Assembly (NCBI GenBank): GCA_964247055.1
Contig: OZ176053.1
Coordinates: forward strand, 372,001-436,000
Direction: 5' to 3'
DNA: 64,000 bases
Origin: Paragordius varius
Lineage: Eukaryota; Animalia; Nematomorpha
The notes under the pieces were generated by a model. The model worked only from the letters and a program-made list of their open reading frames with translations. It ran no database searches and was not told where the DNA came from. Shown here one piece after another: positions 1-13,388 of this stretch (position 1 is the stretch's first letter; each line of letters begins with the position of its first letter). Both the position numbers and the translations under genes were made by a program.

Positions 1-3000
1 ATCGTTTGTGCTAAAAGACATTATTTTGTGGAAAATGAAAATAATACTACTTCCTATCCAAATTCAGAATTTAGTCATGAATATTTTGTCCATTATTTAA
101 ACTGTATCACTTCCATATATTTTACTCTATAGATGATAAAAGATTTGATGATTGGGTCACAATCGATAAAATCGATTTAACAACCTATAAATGTCCATAC
201 GAAGATAATGGGGACTTAAATGGTTTTGCCAAAGATTTATCATCTGCCACCATTCTAACTCGAGATCAATTCAAAAAATTTACGAATAATATTCATCAAA
301 CGCCTGAAAATTCAAATCATTCTTTGCCACCCAATAAAAAGTTAAAAAATGGAAACGAACACATAAATGATGTACTGGAAAAAGAATTTAAAGAAGTATA
401 TATATATATGCCTAATATGTAATGTTTGAGTTTTGTTTCGGTTAATTTTCAAGAATATTGGTTACGATCATTGTTTTGGACCAAATGATATCTAATTTTG
501 GTCTCTTTTTTCAAAAAATTACAGATATATCAAATATCTTGATACAATGTTAATTATATTCTAAAAATTTATGGACACAAAGGACTAAAATTATATTGTG
601 TGTGTATATAAAATATTTAAAAACCCCTATTTTTATAAAATTTTAAACATGAAATTACATTAAAATTTTGATTAGAATTTTATATTTAAATAGCTTGATT
701 CTTACAAACGATCACCTTTTGGCCTTAAAAAGTTAATGGTTACCTTTGTAATTTCTTAAATATATATATATATATATTCTCAAATAGAATTTTAATTCCG
801 AACATTCCAAATTTTTACTTTAAAATAAATTACATTTTTTTAAACAAGATTTTTAAAAAAATATATATAATTAATTAAATTTTAAAATAAAATATATAAA
901 AAATTATGCCATAAACAAATATTTCATATCAATAAAATGAGTTACATTTTAAAAATTTAATATATTTTCTTAGGGTAAATTTAAATTGTTTAAGGGTCAT
1001 AATGTTTAAACGTGAATTTGAAATGTTACAAGGAATTTAAATTGTGTAAGGATTTATTTTCAGGTGTAAATGGTACATTTCTAACATATATATATATTTT
1101 TAAAATTAACATATGCATTTATGAAATCTCTACAAAATTATAATTTTTATATTATAATATTTTTTAGTTCACCAAAGTGAAATACATTACAAAGATTGAG
1201 TTATTTGAAAAGTTCAAACGTGAATTTGAAATGTTTAAGGGGTTTATTTCGTGTAAATTGTACATAATATATTTTTAAATTTAAATTTGCATGTATACTA
1301 AATTATAAATTATATTATATTATAAATATTTTGCAGTTTACCAAAGTCAAATACATTACCAAGATTCAATTGGGACCTTACATTATTGATACATGGTATT
1401 TTTCCCCTTACCCTAATGCGTTTGGAAAATGTCGAATGTTATATATTTGTCATTTATGCCTGAAATATTTCGCCTTACAATCTGATTTACTTGGACATGT
1501 CCGTACCTGTCAAAACTTTCCATTTACTGCTGATGATAAAAAAAGTTTTTTTTATTTGAAATAAATTTACAGTAAAAATTGAAATTAATAAACAGACAAA
1601 ATAATTTATGAAAAACAAATATAAAAGATAATTATACTTTTTTAAGCCTATTTTTTCATATATACCATTTACAGTTCAAATTCACCCTTGAACACTTTAA
1701 ATTCACCTTAAAAAATAAATTATGTGTTTTCGGGCAGCTAATATAATTGATCATTAATATGAAATAACCTCTTATGGCATAATTTATTATTTTTTCAGTA
1801 TTTTATTACTTTTATTTAAAAATATAAAAAAATATTAGTTTTTAAATTATAAAAACATATAAACTATATTAGGGTGAATTAGTATGAATTTGAACTGTAA
1901 ATGCTATATTTGAACAATTATAAACCTTAATAATTTTCTATACCTTATTTGAAATTTTAAACTATGAGTCATATTTAAACTACCAATTTAATAAAAATAA
2001 TATGGTTATCTTTTAAAAATTATATGTCTTTTATTACATATATTGTTTTTGTGGTATTTTAAGTTTTACTGTAAACATAAATTTTTAGTTTTAATTTATT
2101 GAAAATATTTAAATTTATATTTTGTTCGTTTTATTAGATGGAATGAATTGTCGCCTAATTTACAAGAAAAACAAATTACTAGTCTATGAAATCGATGGTG
2201 CCAAAAATAAAGTAAGCGTATTTCTTTATAATGCAATTCAATCTTTGCAAAGATTTTATTATATTTGATAATTTAAAAACTTGCAAATTTTTGCCGACAT
2301 TATAATTTGGATATTAATTTAAACCTTTATAAACGGGACTAATTTGATTTTTAAAGCAAAAAAAGTTTATTCATCTAATATATAAATATATTTTCCCATT
2401 TAAATTTTGGTTTGAAATATCTTAAATATATTTTTCCATTAAAATTTTGGACTTGAATATTAAATTTTATTTTTTAGAAAAAATTAATTTTAAACCAACC
2501 AGTAGTGGTTTTTTATGCATTATTTTCCGTTTTCCCATTAGTTTTATTGCCAATGCCTGTGTTTACTTGGAAAGCTATTTATTGATCAAAAAACTGTGTA
2601 TTACGATGTGGAATCATTTCTGTTTTATGTTTTATTTTCCACAACAAATTCCTTGTCAAATAAAAAACAAAATATAACTCATATTGCTGGATATTTCTCT
2701 AAAGTATATGCCTTTTATTTTATTCTATTTCGAGTATATCAAATATATATATATATATTTAATTTTTTTTTTAATTAATAATTTTTTGCAATCATTAAAA
2801 TTTAATTTTGAGTTTTTTTTTAGTTTACAAAGAATGAACGTAAAATTTTTGGACAAATTTTTTTAGAAAAAAAATATTACCCATAATTTTACAACCTTAA
2901 TAATTTTCTAGATATTGTATGGCAGTTTTTACAAAAAGATATTTTTTTACATTTTACGTTTTTTAATTTTATTATTTTCTATAAAGTTATTTTTTATTTT

Positions 3001-5799
3001 TAAAGATTACTTTTTTAACACTAAAATTTTACAAAAAAAATTTAATTCTGGGTGTATTTTTCATTTATAATTATAATCTTTTTTGGTATAAAATTTAATT
3101 ATATATATACATTTATTCATTTTTATATTATTTATTCAATTTAAAAAAAACAATAGGAAAAAGATTCTGAAGAAAACAACAATATAGCTTGCATTGTAAT
3201 TTTTCCACCTTTCCAAGGCTTTGGATATGGCAATTTCCTCATACAAATAAGTATAAGACTTTTTAAGCTCTCTGTTTTTGCAATAAATTTTTAAAAATTT
3301 AGGTAAAAATATAATAAGCATAGATGGGAAAAATAACCATATACAATAATGAAATAAGTATTAAAAAAATAAATTTCAAAGATATATATATATATATATA
3401 TATAGAAAATTCAATTTTTTGTTAATATAAAATTTGATACAAAAAGAAAATAGTATCATTAAAAAAAACGTACAGTTTAGAGTTTCCTTTTTCCTTAAAG
3501 GCTAAGGACAGAAATTATATCCGGACAGTTGATGACAGTTAGAATGAAACTATTGCGTAGTTTCAGAGTTCTTTAAATTCTGGCACGCGCAGTGTAAAAG
3601 TCTGACATCCTACCTACTCTAGTTATCATAACTATTTTTTTGCAAATGTTTTGTTTTGAATTGAAAATTGTAATTATTATTAAATTTAATTTTTCCCTAA
3701 AGATTAATTAATATGAGTAGTATCGATATAAATATCAATATTATCATAATCATCAAAAGGGTAGGAGACTACGGTTTCGGATAGTTTTCATACCAGGAAG
3801 TATATAATTCAATTCTTATTTATAATATTTTTACTTTGGAGTTTACTTAGAGGCGATTTTCGTATTACATTCTTGTACAATAACTAATAATTTTACAGAT
3901 CATTAGAAGAAGACTGACCTTTGCAGTTATTAGAAAATGTAGTATTTTCATGCCCCAGTCAACACCCCGCGGGCAGGTGACAATGCGACTTTGTTGGCCG
4001 CTTAAAAATATAAACGGATTTTTTTTCAAAAAAAATGTTTTTACATAAATAAATGATAGTTTAATCATTCAGACAATGTTATTTTTTTTCTTTACTGACA
4101 CAATTATACATGATCGAAGTTAGATTATTTAGGATTTAAGTTGTTAGATCCTACCTGATTGGAATAAAGATTTGTATCCAGGTTAATTAATACAGGTAAA
4201 AATTAAATTTTAACGGCAAAAAAAGACAAATATTTTTACAAATGTTACTTACCTATACTTTTTAAACCATAATATTTTTTATGCAACCTAAATCAAAACA
4301 ATTGTGAAATATATATATATAAGTGATCTATGTTAAATTTTTATTTTGCACCTCAAAACGATAATACATTATTATATTTAAATAAAACAATCAAGGTTGA
4401 AAAGAATTTTTTTTATAAATATTTGATAATTTATAGGAATTTTTTTTTTATTTTGTATTTTCATTCTAGAAATAATTTTATCTCTAAGGTTATGAACTTA
4501 GCCGTAGACGTGGTCTAATAGCCCAACCTGAAAAGCCATTGTCCTACCTCGGACTTAAGGCTTACGAAACTTACTGGGCTTGGAAAATTGGAGATTACTT
4601 ATTACAAACTATTAGTACTTACAATTCATCAACATCATGTACCCTCGCAATCCAAAATTTATGGTGAGTTTTTTTTTATAAAAATTTTTGGTGAGTTTTT
4701 TATAAATTTTGTCTAATATTTTTAAAATAGATTATTTTAAAACATATTTATGAGCATTTTTATGTAATAATTACTTATTTAACAACTTAGAAGAACTTTG
4801 AGTTTGTTATTAGGGGTATTTTCTTTGTGAATGGTAAATATTAAAAAAACAAAATTTTAATTTATAATTTTTTTTTATTGAAATTTATTTTAAACAGTTT
4901 AATATTTTTCTATTATCGGCTAAGTAGTTGATATGAGACTTTGTTGAATTCATATTCTTACTTTGCAGGCGGGAATATATATTTCATAAAAAACTTTAGG
5001 ATAATTTTATGATATTTGTTAGCCGTTTTTACCCAATAAATAAATTGAGTCTATTTTTGCATTACATATCACAATAAATTTACAGTAAAAATTAAAATTA
5101 TACGGACAAAACTTTAAAATATAAAACAATTTTTTTTTAAAAAGACAACCATAGTTTTTCAAACCTAAATTAATCCTATCAAAACCATTTAATAACAAGG
5201 CTAAAATATATAATTGATTATGCTACAAATATACATCTCTATTTTATACTTTGGAAATAAAAATCAATGAGTCTAATTTAAATTAATCAATCAAGATTTA
5301 AAAAGTATGGTTGTCTTTTAGAATAAAATATTTCTCTATATATTTTTACGTTTTGTCCGTATAATTTCAATTTTTACTGTATTTAAAGTATAATTACATT
5401 TTTTACTGTTTTTTTAACATTATAAATTCTTTTTAATTTAGCAAACATACTGGCATCAATCGTGAAGATGTATTAACTACGTTAGAAAAAATGGATTTAC
5501 TAAATTGTTGGGACACCGAACCAGAAAATACTAAGGATAATTCTGACAATAGTTGGCACACAGTCTGTATAACTCAAGCTCAAATTTTAAATTTAGAAAA
5601 TCGCGACAAAATCAAAGTTAATGCAGAAAAGAGTGACAAAATTCGCAAAAATAAAATTATAAAAACCACAAACATATCTGAAAATAATTTACATAACAAT
5701 GAAATAAACGGAAAAAAATTGAATTCCTCACAAAAAATACCGCCTTTACGCTATAAAAAACCACGGATCATAGTTAAATCGACTGATATTTTCAAATAG
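1..5799 (+). CDS. KAT8: MYST-family histone acetyltransferase, MOF-like (Tudor-knot + C2HC zinc finger + MYST domain); 5' end outside window
   Basis: Exons <1-103, 133-395, 1337-1544, 2138-2211, 2542-2703, 3157-3250, 4489-4663, 5442-5799 join in frame with GT-AG introns. Motifs: [17 protein letters not shown] (Tudor-knot), [88 protein letters not shown]. Closest remembered match is MOF/KAT8. Confidence 0.9.
1570..2071. mobile_element. M1 MITE (CAGTAAAA termini, TA TSD, Tc1/mariner-type) with a nested 21-bp-repeat MITE at 1665-1904
   Basis: TA|CAGTAAAAATTGAAATT ... TTTTACTG|TA; the M1 interior is interrupted by TA|CCATTTACAGTTCAAATTCACCC ... TTTGAACTGTAAATGC|TA. Confidence 0.85.
5083..5379. 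mobile_element. M1 MITE, ~300 bp with ~100-bp TIRs; representative of 20+ copies in the window
   Basis: TIR consensus CAGTAAAAATTGAAATTATACGGACAAAACGTAAAAATATAAAGACAAATAT..AAAGACAACCATAC. Other copies by eye at about 20813, 23391, 31983, 33125, 37700, 42197, 43122, 44629, 45059, 55888, 58091, 59092, 63296. Confidence 0.9.
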
Positions 5800-7114
5800 A
5801 CAGAGAGGATATAATACGTTTTGAAAAAATAGTTTTTATTCATATAATAAAGTTGATTGATTAAAGATGGCAAATTTTTTTTATTTTTGTGTACAGCATT
5901 TATATAATAAATAAAACATATATTTATGTAAACTACAAATGGATTTTTCAGAATATCTTTAAAAATATTGGAAAATTGTGGTTTTCGAAAATTATTTTGG
6001 GTTTGAATGTTAAATCTGGATGAGAATTCATCAAAACACGGGCACTTTGTTAGCCATTTTCAACTATTTTTGGCAAAAATATGGGTAAGATAATTAAAAA
6101 AACACTGTTAAAATTTTATGTTGGAAATTTTATATTAATTTTTTTTTATTGTTGGAGAATGCTTTAAATTATATACATAATGTATAAAAACTATTTTATA
6201 TATATATATATATAAGCAACGTTTGATATTTTTATAATTATTTCAGTTTATGATTTTTTTTGTAACACATCTCCATTTTAATTTATAAAAAGGGCATAAG
6301 ACCAGTTTCGACATATGCCACAGAAACTATGGCATTAACATAAACTCAAGAGAAACAACGTTTTATCAGCGCGAAAAATCATATAAACTACTACTTAGTT
6401 ACAATGGTAAAATAAAGAATTCATTGTGTTAGTAATATATATATATATCCATATTTCAAACTTTACCATCTATGAGTTTATTTATGTTGAAATAAATCTA
6501 GATTTAAATTGTTGTCTTTTAGAAAAAAATATTTTTGTCTTTATATTATTACATTTTGTCCATAGTATAATTTGAGATACTAAAAGCCAAAGGTTTCCAA
6601 CACAAACGCGGCCCTCCGTAAGACTTTATGTACGGCCGGACAAAATGTGAAAATATAAAAAATACAAATATTTTTATCTAACAGACAACCATACTTTTTT
6701 AAATCTAAATTTTTTTAAATATAACTCGTTGTTTTAAACTACAAAGTATAATATAGTAATGTAAATTGGTGGTAACAAAATCAATTATGTATTTTACCTT
6801 TATTATAATCAAATGTTTTTTTGAAGGATGAATTGAGGTTTAAAAAGTATGAGGTTGTCTTTTGAAAAAATTGTCCTTATATTTTAACATTTTATCCGTA
6901 TAATTTCAATTTTAACTGTATTTTGAGTTAAAAATGCGGCCCGCGAGCCCATTTGTCTTGTACAGCCCTGATATCACTAAAACACCATTAAACTTAATAA
7001 GAATTTTATAAAATATTTAAACTAATTTATAGAGAGATTATGTCATCCTTCTGCCATTATTATATATATTTATGTATATTATAATTACTTTTTTTTCGTT
7101 TATCACCATATATG

Positions 7115-7116
<2 letters not shown>

Positions 7117-7164
<48 letters not shown>
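7117..7164. repeat. (AT)24 microsatellite
   Basis: Direct reading; further (AT)n tracts at about 20445-20474, 50376-50399, 59029-59065, 62364-62388, 63277-63298. Confidence 0.95.
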
Positions 7165-7167
<3 letters not shown>

Positions 7168-7445
7168 ACATTTCCAACACTAAAATTAAAAAAGTAAATA
7201 TTGACACTTGTGACAGAAGCTTGGAATCAAAAATCCCAAATCCATTAATTCAATTAAAATATGGTTTACAAAAAAATATGAAATTTAATTTTGTTAATTG
7301 AATTTTACGATATATATATATATAAAATATTAATAGTATAAAATTTATGTCAAAAACAGGAATATTTATTAATTATCATTAAGATTTTAATTTTTTTTTC
7401 CTTTAAAAATTACGATTTTTAGGGTCGAAACTTATTATTATTATA

Positions 7446-10139
7446 ATGAAAATGAACCAAAATATTAGCAATCCAAATTTTTTAATCACCCAGCCATTCC
7501 CTTTTTACAACAATACTTACTATACTAGCTCAAATTTTAATGGTAATGAAAACAGCCTGCTAAAATATTCGTTTGACCCGATTTATTCCCATAGCAAATT
7601 TTGTAATTTACCCCAAGATTCATTTTATTATTCTAACGGGTCTCTAGACTACTATCAAAATAAGAAAAATTTATTTTGCTTAAACGATCAGCTCTTCTCA
7701 GAGAATTCTAAAAACTATTCTTGCACTCAAGATGCGAACTCGTCGGTTATAACTGTAACCGCTTCTACTTATAAGCCAAATTTTGTCATTAAAACTAAAC
7801 CGCTAAATCTTGGCACATATCAAAATTTGCTAAATACCACCACGGCGGATATCAACTACAAAAGTTATTCCGCGCAAAATATGCTTTCTCCTATAAACTT
7901 TCAAAGAGATTATTTGTGCGAAAATGTAACTTATATTAATGCTTTAAAGGATTATCCAGAAAATTTAAAGAGTATAGATTTTAATGCAAAAACGGATAAT
8001 TTTTTACCATCTAATAATAGTAATTATCAGAATTATATAAATATTTATGCTTCAAACATTAAATTGGTTCAATACAATAATGCAAATATTGTTGACAATA
8101 ATAAATATCATGAAAATGTAAATGGTTACAAGCACTTGAAAAAGATACATACTAAGGCATTGGAAGTTCAACAACAATATAAATTTGTTGAAAATAAAAA
8201 TTTTCGCGGTGAAGTGTTGTCTAGGAAACCAATATTGGAAAAAGGTGTTTAATCAATAAAAGTCTCTAATCAATTATTGTTTGAATAATAATTTTAAAAA
8301 TATCCGATAATCGATAAAAAAGACATATAGATTTGACATTTAAATTATAACAAAATCATATTTTCAGTTAAGATATATTGGTAACGCAATCAATTGTATA
8401 TTTTACAATTGTAATTATAGGTAATTTATTTAGTAAAAATTAATTAAAAATTATGGGGTTGTTTTTTGGGAAAAAATATTTGTCCTTATATTTTTACGTT
8501 TGCCCGTATATCTGCATTTTTTACAGACGGACCGAAAGTAAAATTATAAAGAGAAATATTTTTATAAATTTTTTAATTCCAATTGTAAATTATATAATTG
8601 ATTGTTTTACCAATATACATATTTTCGTATTTTACAGTATAAAACAATGAGTTATGTATAAAAAAATGTAAGGTTTAAAAAAGTATGGGGTTGTTTTTTG
8701 GAAAAAAAATATTTGTCTGTATACATATTTTTACGTTTTGTCCGTATATTTTTAGTTTTTACTGTATCTACCGTTTATACATGTGACTGTTATATCCGAA
8801 TTAATGCAAATGATATTTTCTTAATTATATAATTTTTGGGCATTTTTCGCAAAAGTTATTAATTATTATATTTGTAATATCGTCAATGTTGTCATAAATT
8901 TAGTCGTCTTAGATATTCAACCTTACATTTTATTTTTTCAATAAAAAAATGATTTGAACAATATAAAAATTAGATTATAATGGTTGCTTAACACATAATT
9001 AATTGAAGTTTTCTATATTTTCTTTCGTAATGTACATAATGAACCCTTTATGATTTTCCCAACTTTTTTTGTTTTTCACGCCCCTTACACCAAATTGAAA
9101 ATTGAAAATTCTTGCGCAGCCCCCAAACTCAAAAATACAAGATAAAAATGTAAAAGATATTATATAATATTATAAAAATATCTATCATCCAATGAGATCC
9201 TTACATCTGCATTTTTTGAAGTGTATTTTTTTCATATCGGTGAAAATTTGATAATTTGCACCTGAAATCCTTCGATTTGTTGTAATTTTTATTTTTTAAT
9301 TGAATTCTACAATTTTCGCGCTCCCCTTTAGGTTTTGGTAATCACTGCTTTAAATGGCTATTATAAAACTTCATTTGAATCGATTTTAAAATATATTTCT
9401 CTGAAATAACTTTATAAACTCAATATTTTCCGCTAAAAAACATTAAATTTTTCCTATTTTTACTAAAAATTAACCGTTTAAATTTTTTTTGTAGATATTT
9501 ATCTAATAATTTACCACTTGGCTATAAAATAGGGGGAGAATGTGAAAATTTAGATATGATGACTAAACAACAAAGGCGAATGCGAACAACATTTACCAAT
9601 TCACAAATCCATGCATTAGAAAAGATTTTCCAGAAAACGCATTACCCCGACATTTACACGAGAGAGGACATGGCTGCCAAGATTGAATTAACTGAAGCAC
9701 GCATACAAGTTTTTACTAGGAAAATTTTTTAAAACTTTTATTTCCAAATCGTTTTTATGGAATCGAAAAGAATTTGTTAGCCCCTTTTCTACGAAATATT
9801 TTTATAAAATGTGAATGCAACAACCGAGAATCATTTAATTATACACGAAAAATGGATATCATACGGTTTGAAATAATATTTGCTTTTAAACTTTTGTGTT
9901 TTGTCCATATAATTTTAATTTTTTTATCATTATTTGGTCCAAAACCGTTTTTTTATCAAAAAATTATGTATAGCAAAATTTCGATTCTCGCTTGTAATCC
10001 TTAACTTTTCCCCTTAAACATCAATTTAAAATTATAAATATATATATATATATATATATTGGAATATTTTTAGGTATGGTTTCAAAATCGAAGAGCGAAA
10101 TACAGGAAAACCCGAAATAAGAACATTCAAAATTTTTAA
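7446..10139 (+). CDS. Phox2: PRD-class Q50 homeobox protein, Phox2-like, with long Asn/Tyr-rich N-terminus
   Basis: Exons 7446-8244, 9554-9708, 10074-10139 (phases 1, 0). Homeodomain [47 protein letters not shown]|[12 protein letters not shown] with the PRD-class intron between residues 46 and 47; [16 protein letters not shown] plus Q50 is Phox2-type. An acceptor at about 7420 leaves an upstream exon possible. Confidence 0.75.
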
Positions 10140-10597
10140 TAGCATAATATAATTTTTTAATATTCCAAAAAAATATAATTTATATTAACAATAAACATAT
10201 ATGGTCAAACCTTTTTAATATAAGAAAAAAAAATTAATGTGTGTAACACAAAAATATCTTTTAACTATCATAATTTTTTTGATCATATCTGATGTAAAAC
10301 ATTCATAATTTTTTTAAAAAAAAATATTTTTAAATTTCCTGGAATGCATATTGTGCAATGATTTATTTATCTGTCCATACCATCTTTCAACAATATAATC
10401 CTCAATGTGTCATCGTTTCAACACACACAGAAAAGATAAAACAGATATTAATTTCAATACATATTAATTAATATTTCCATCCTATTATCAATCACATTTA
10501 GATTAATTTTTTTAATATTTAATTAAATATAATAAATACCCTATAAATATTATAATATTATTTCGAAATTTATTACCATATCGCTGTGATAATTAAA

Positions 10598-10801
10598 ATG
10601 GGCATTACATCTACAACTCGAATAAGAACTTTAAGACACCCCGAAAGCAAAAGGCAACAAGAGCTAAATCAGGCTTTTTCACTTTTAAGATCGGTGATTC
10701 CAGTTTATCCGCCAGAAAAAAAGTTAAGTAAATGTCAAATTCTTAAACGAAGCATAAAGTACCTCAACATATTATCCAACTTACTCCTCATATCCCAATA
10801 A
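10598..10801 (+). CDS. Small intronless bHLH protein, SCL/TAL1 (or NSCL)-like
   Basis: 67-aa ORF; KRQQELNQAFSLLRSVIPVYPPEKKLSKCQILKRSIKYLNILSNLL parallels TAL1 [41 protein letters not shown]. The start could lie further upstream. Confidence 0.75.
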   Translation: MGITSTTRIRTLRHPESKRQQELNQAFSLLRSVIPVYPPEKKLSKCQILKRSIKYLNILSNLLLISQ

Positions 10802-10969
10802 CAATGGCACAAATTTGAATTGAAAAAATTATCAACTATTCGTAACTATATTGTAATAACGTTTCAAATTTACCCTTTAGATTCTATAACTTGCCCACGA
10901 ATGTTTTTAATATCACACTTTATTTGAAGTCAAAACTAAAATTATATGGGAAACTTAAATGTTCAAAAC

Positions 10970-11480
10970 TTGGATGCAAAACCATCATATCAGAGTCCTT
11001 CGATTCAAATTGGGGTAGTTTGGATACCCCATGTTTAAATCTAAATATTTCAAAAAATATGCAAGGACCATGGCAAAAGTTTGCACTTATATAACAATAA
11101 TGAACAGAAATATTTAAAAAATTATTCAAAAATACTTGATATTGCTTACTTTAAGGTATAACACCCAAAGGTAAAAATTTAGTCAACATGACATGTGTGG
11201 ATTAGCTAAATTTATAAATAATAAAAAATAAACCACATTTTCTGTTCCTATCAATGTTAGATTCGATTTAAATGTATAATCAGCTTTAATTTTAGCTTTA
11301 AAATTAAATTTTGCAAAAATGTTTTAATTTAAATATGGCATCAAATAGTTAGAGATATAACTTTTCTTTTTCAGAGTTATAATTTATATTTGGATGTTTC
11401 GGCTTATCTATATAATTTTCATTAGGGTAAAATTTAAATTAAACGAAAAAATGAAATAAGGAAATATTCCGCATATATTG
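10970..11480. mobile_element. Eroded copy of the piggyBac-like MITE
   Basis: CTTGGATGC..GTCCTTCGATTCAAATTGGGGTAG and downstream ACATGACATGTGTG..GCTAAATTT blocks match 57203-57779; ends uncertain. Confidence 0.65.
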
Positions 11481-11704
11481 CTAATCGCCCATATAATTGA
11501 ACATTAATTACAAATTTTAAATAAATGTTTTATTATTTTATGCTTTTAAAAACGATTCATAACTATTTATAAGAAATTTTGTGGAAATTATATCACAAAT
11601 TTTAATCTTTTTAATCTTTACATAATTTTCGGAAGCAAATTATTTCAAAATGGATTGGAATTCTACAAAAATTTCAAACTGTGCCTATATTTAATTCAAC
11701 AGTT

Positions 11705-12939
11705 TCATATGGTTATATCAATGAATATGAATGAAGTTTTAATTTCAATTTTTGCAATAGATCTGGTAAGTTGTTTAAAAAATAAGAATGGAATTGCCAA
11801 GTGTTATAAGTTATTACCATGCATTAAGAGCAGACGTCAGAGAAAAGTAGGCAGACGATTAAGATTCCCATTTTTTCATCTGACATTAAACTACAAACAC
11901 ACACAAGTTGAGTTTGCCCAAAAATTTTAGACTTATTTTTTTTGCATTTCGTAGTCTTGTCGAATTTTGTGCCGGAAAAGAAGCATTTGCGACACGCAAT
12001 GCCATCATAAGAAATATGCGGTTGAAAGTTATCGTTTGCGATGAAACAAGTGGTGAACATGCCCTATCGATTAACATGTGTAAAACATGGTTTCCAATAA
12101 AAGTTTTGATTTCAACCTAACTGCAACGAAAGTGTAAAGATTATTTTTGAACCAACTCAAATTTAACAATCTTTGACCGAAGCATTATATATATCACAAA
12201 AACTGATCAGCAGATGCCTACGAGCAATGGGAAAGAAACTCGGTAAATGGCTTCACACATTTTGAATGAACGTCGAATCAAGAATTGCAAACGTATTAGA
12301 GAAAGAAATCATTTTGCATCGAATTCTGACGGGTGATGAGTAATGGCTTTATTGTGTAAATCAGGGATAAAAAATTGTGGCTTTCATCTTGCCAAGCGGT
12401 TTCATCCCCAATAAGGCCAAATCGCTTCGGCAAGAAGACCATACTCTGTGTCTTGTGGGACCTGAGCGGAATTGCGAATTATAAACTTTTAAAGTTCCGT
12501 AAAATTATTAATACACAATACACTAAGAACCTAAAGAAAACTATGCATTAATCGAAAAACAACCCGAATTTGCCAGAAAACATGACAAAACGATTTTTCT
12601 ACATAACACACAGCAAAACCAGTGAAAGACATCTTAAAAAACGTTTTGATAGGAACCGCATCCACTAAACTCTCCTAACCTAACGCCATTTGACTAAAAC
12701 AACTTTGCGCCAGTGGGGCACAAACTCGCAGAACAGTTCTAGCTTTGAAGACGTTGGAAAATGGCTTGACGAATGTTTGCCGCAAAAGTCAATCAATTAA
12801 TTATTGCGGTTCAGCATTCATATATTACTGAGAGAGAAGCAAAATGGATAGAAGCCGATTCCAATATAAAATAAATAATTAATTTCCATTGAAATACATG
12901 CGCGTTTATCAAAAACCCGGTATTTATATATACATATGA
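11705..12939 (+). mobile_element. Decayed mariner transposon (Mos1/mauritiana-like), transposase pseudogene
   Basis: Frameshifted fragments: SNFVPEKKHLRHA (~11960), GEHALSINMCKTWF (~12050), a TGDE-W-like segment (~12330), RPNRFGKKTILCV-WD (~12415), a YSPDLAP-like segment (~12665), KWLDE (~12760). Degenerate inverted termini near 11705 and 12939; about 1.24 kb. Confidence 0.85.
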
Positions 12940-13388
12940 TAGACCTTTAAGACACCATTTTTAAATATTTAGGTAAAAATTACTATATATTTTGGTCATC
13001 GATAAACTTTGGGTAAACGATAACAATAAACAGCTTATAATTAATTGTATGGAAAACAATGGCTTTTATATATAAATTTTACAAAATTATAAAATTAATA
13101 AAAATTCGTTACTACAGTTAACAAAATTCTCATAAAAATATTTTGAATATAAATCATAAAAATTATTGATGGGATTAATCGACTATAATAAAATTAAAAA
13201 AATCTTAAAATTCTCCCTCTTTAAGTTACAAAAAATATGAATTTATATTAACAAAAAAGATGTGTAAATAAATATTTATTTTAGAAATAAAAAAACACAC
13301 ATAAATCCGACATTTAAATTAATATCTTGATAATTCATATCATATTTCTAGAATTATCCGTGGTTCAAAACATTTAAGAGTTGTTTTT

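Noticed and set aside
3529-3605. Box C/D snoRNA (TTGATGA ... CTGA, about 77 nt)
   Set aside because: Imperfect C box, weak terminal stem, no C' box, no rRNA-complementary guide recognised.
8453-8650. ORF 8453-8650 and the N-termini of ORFs 32914-33228 and 38398-38709
   Set aside because: These read through MITE terminal repeats ([10 protein letters not shown] is the M1 TIR); only the internal exon parts of the latter two are coding.
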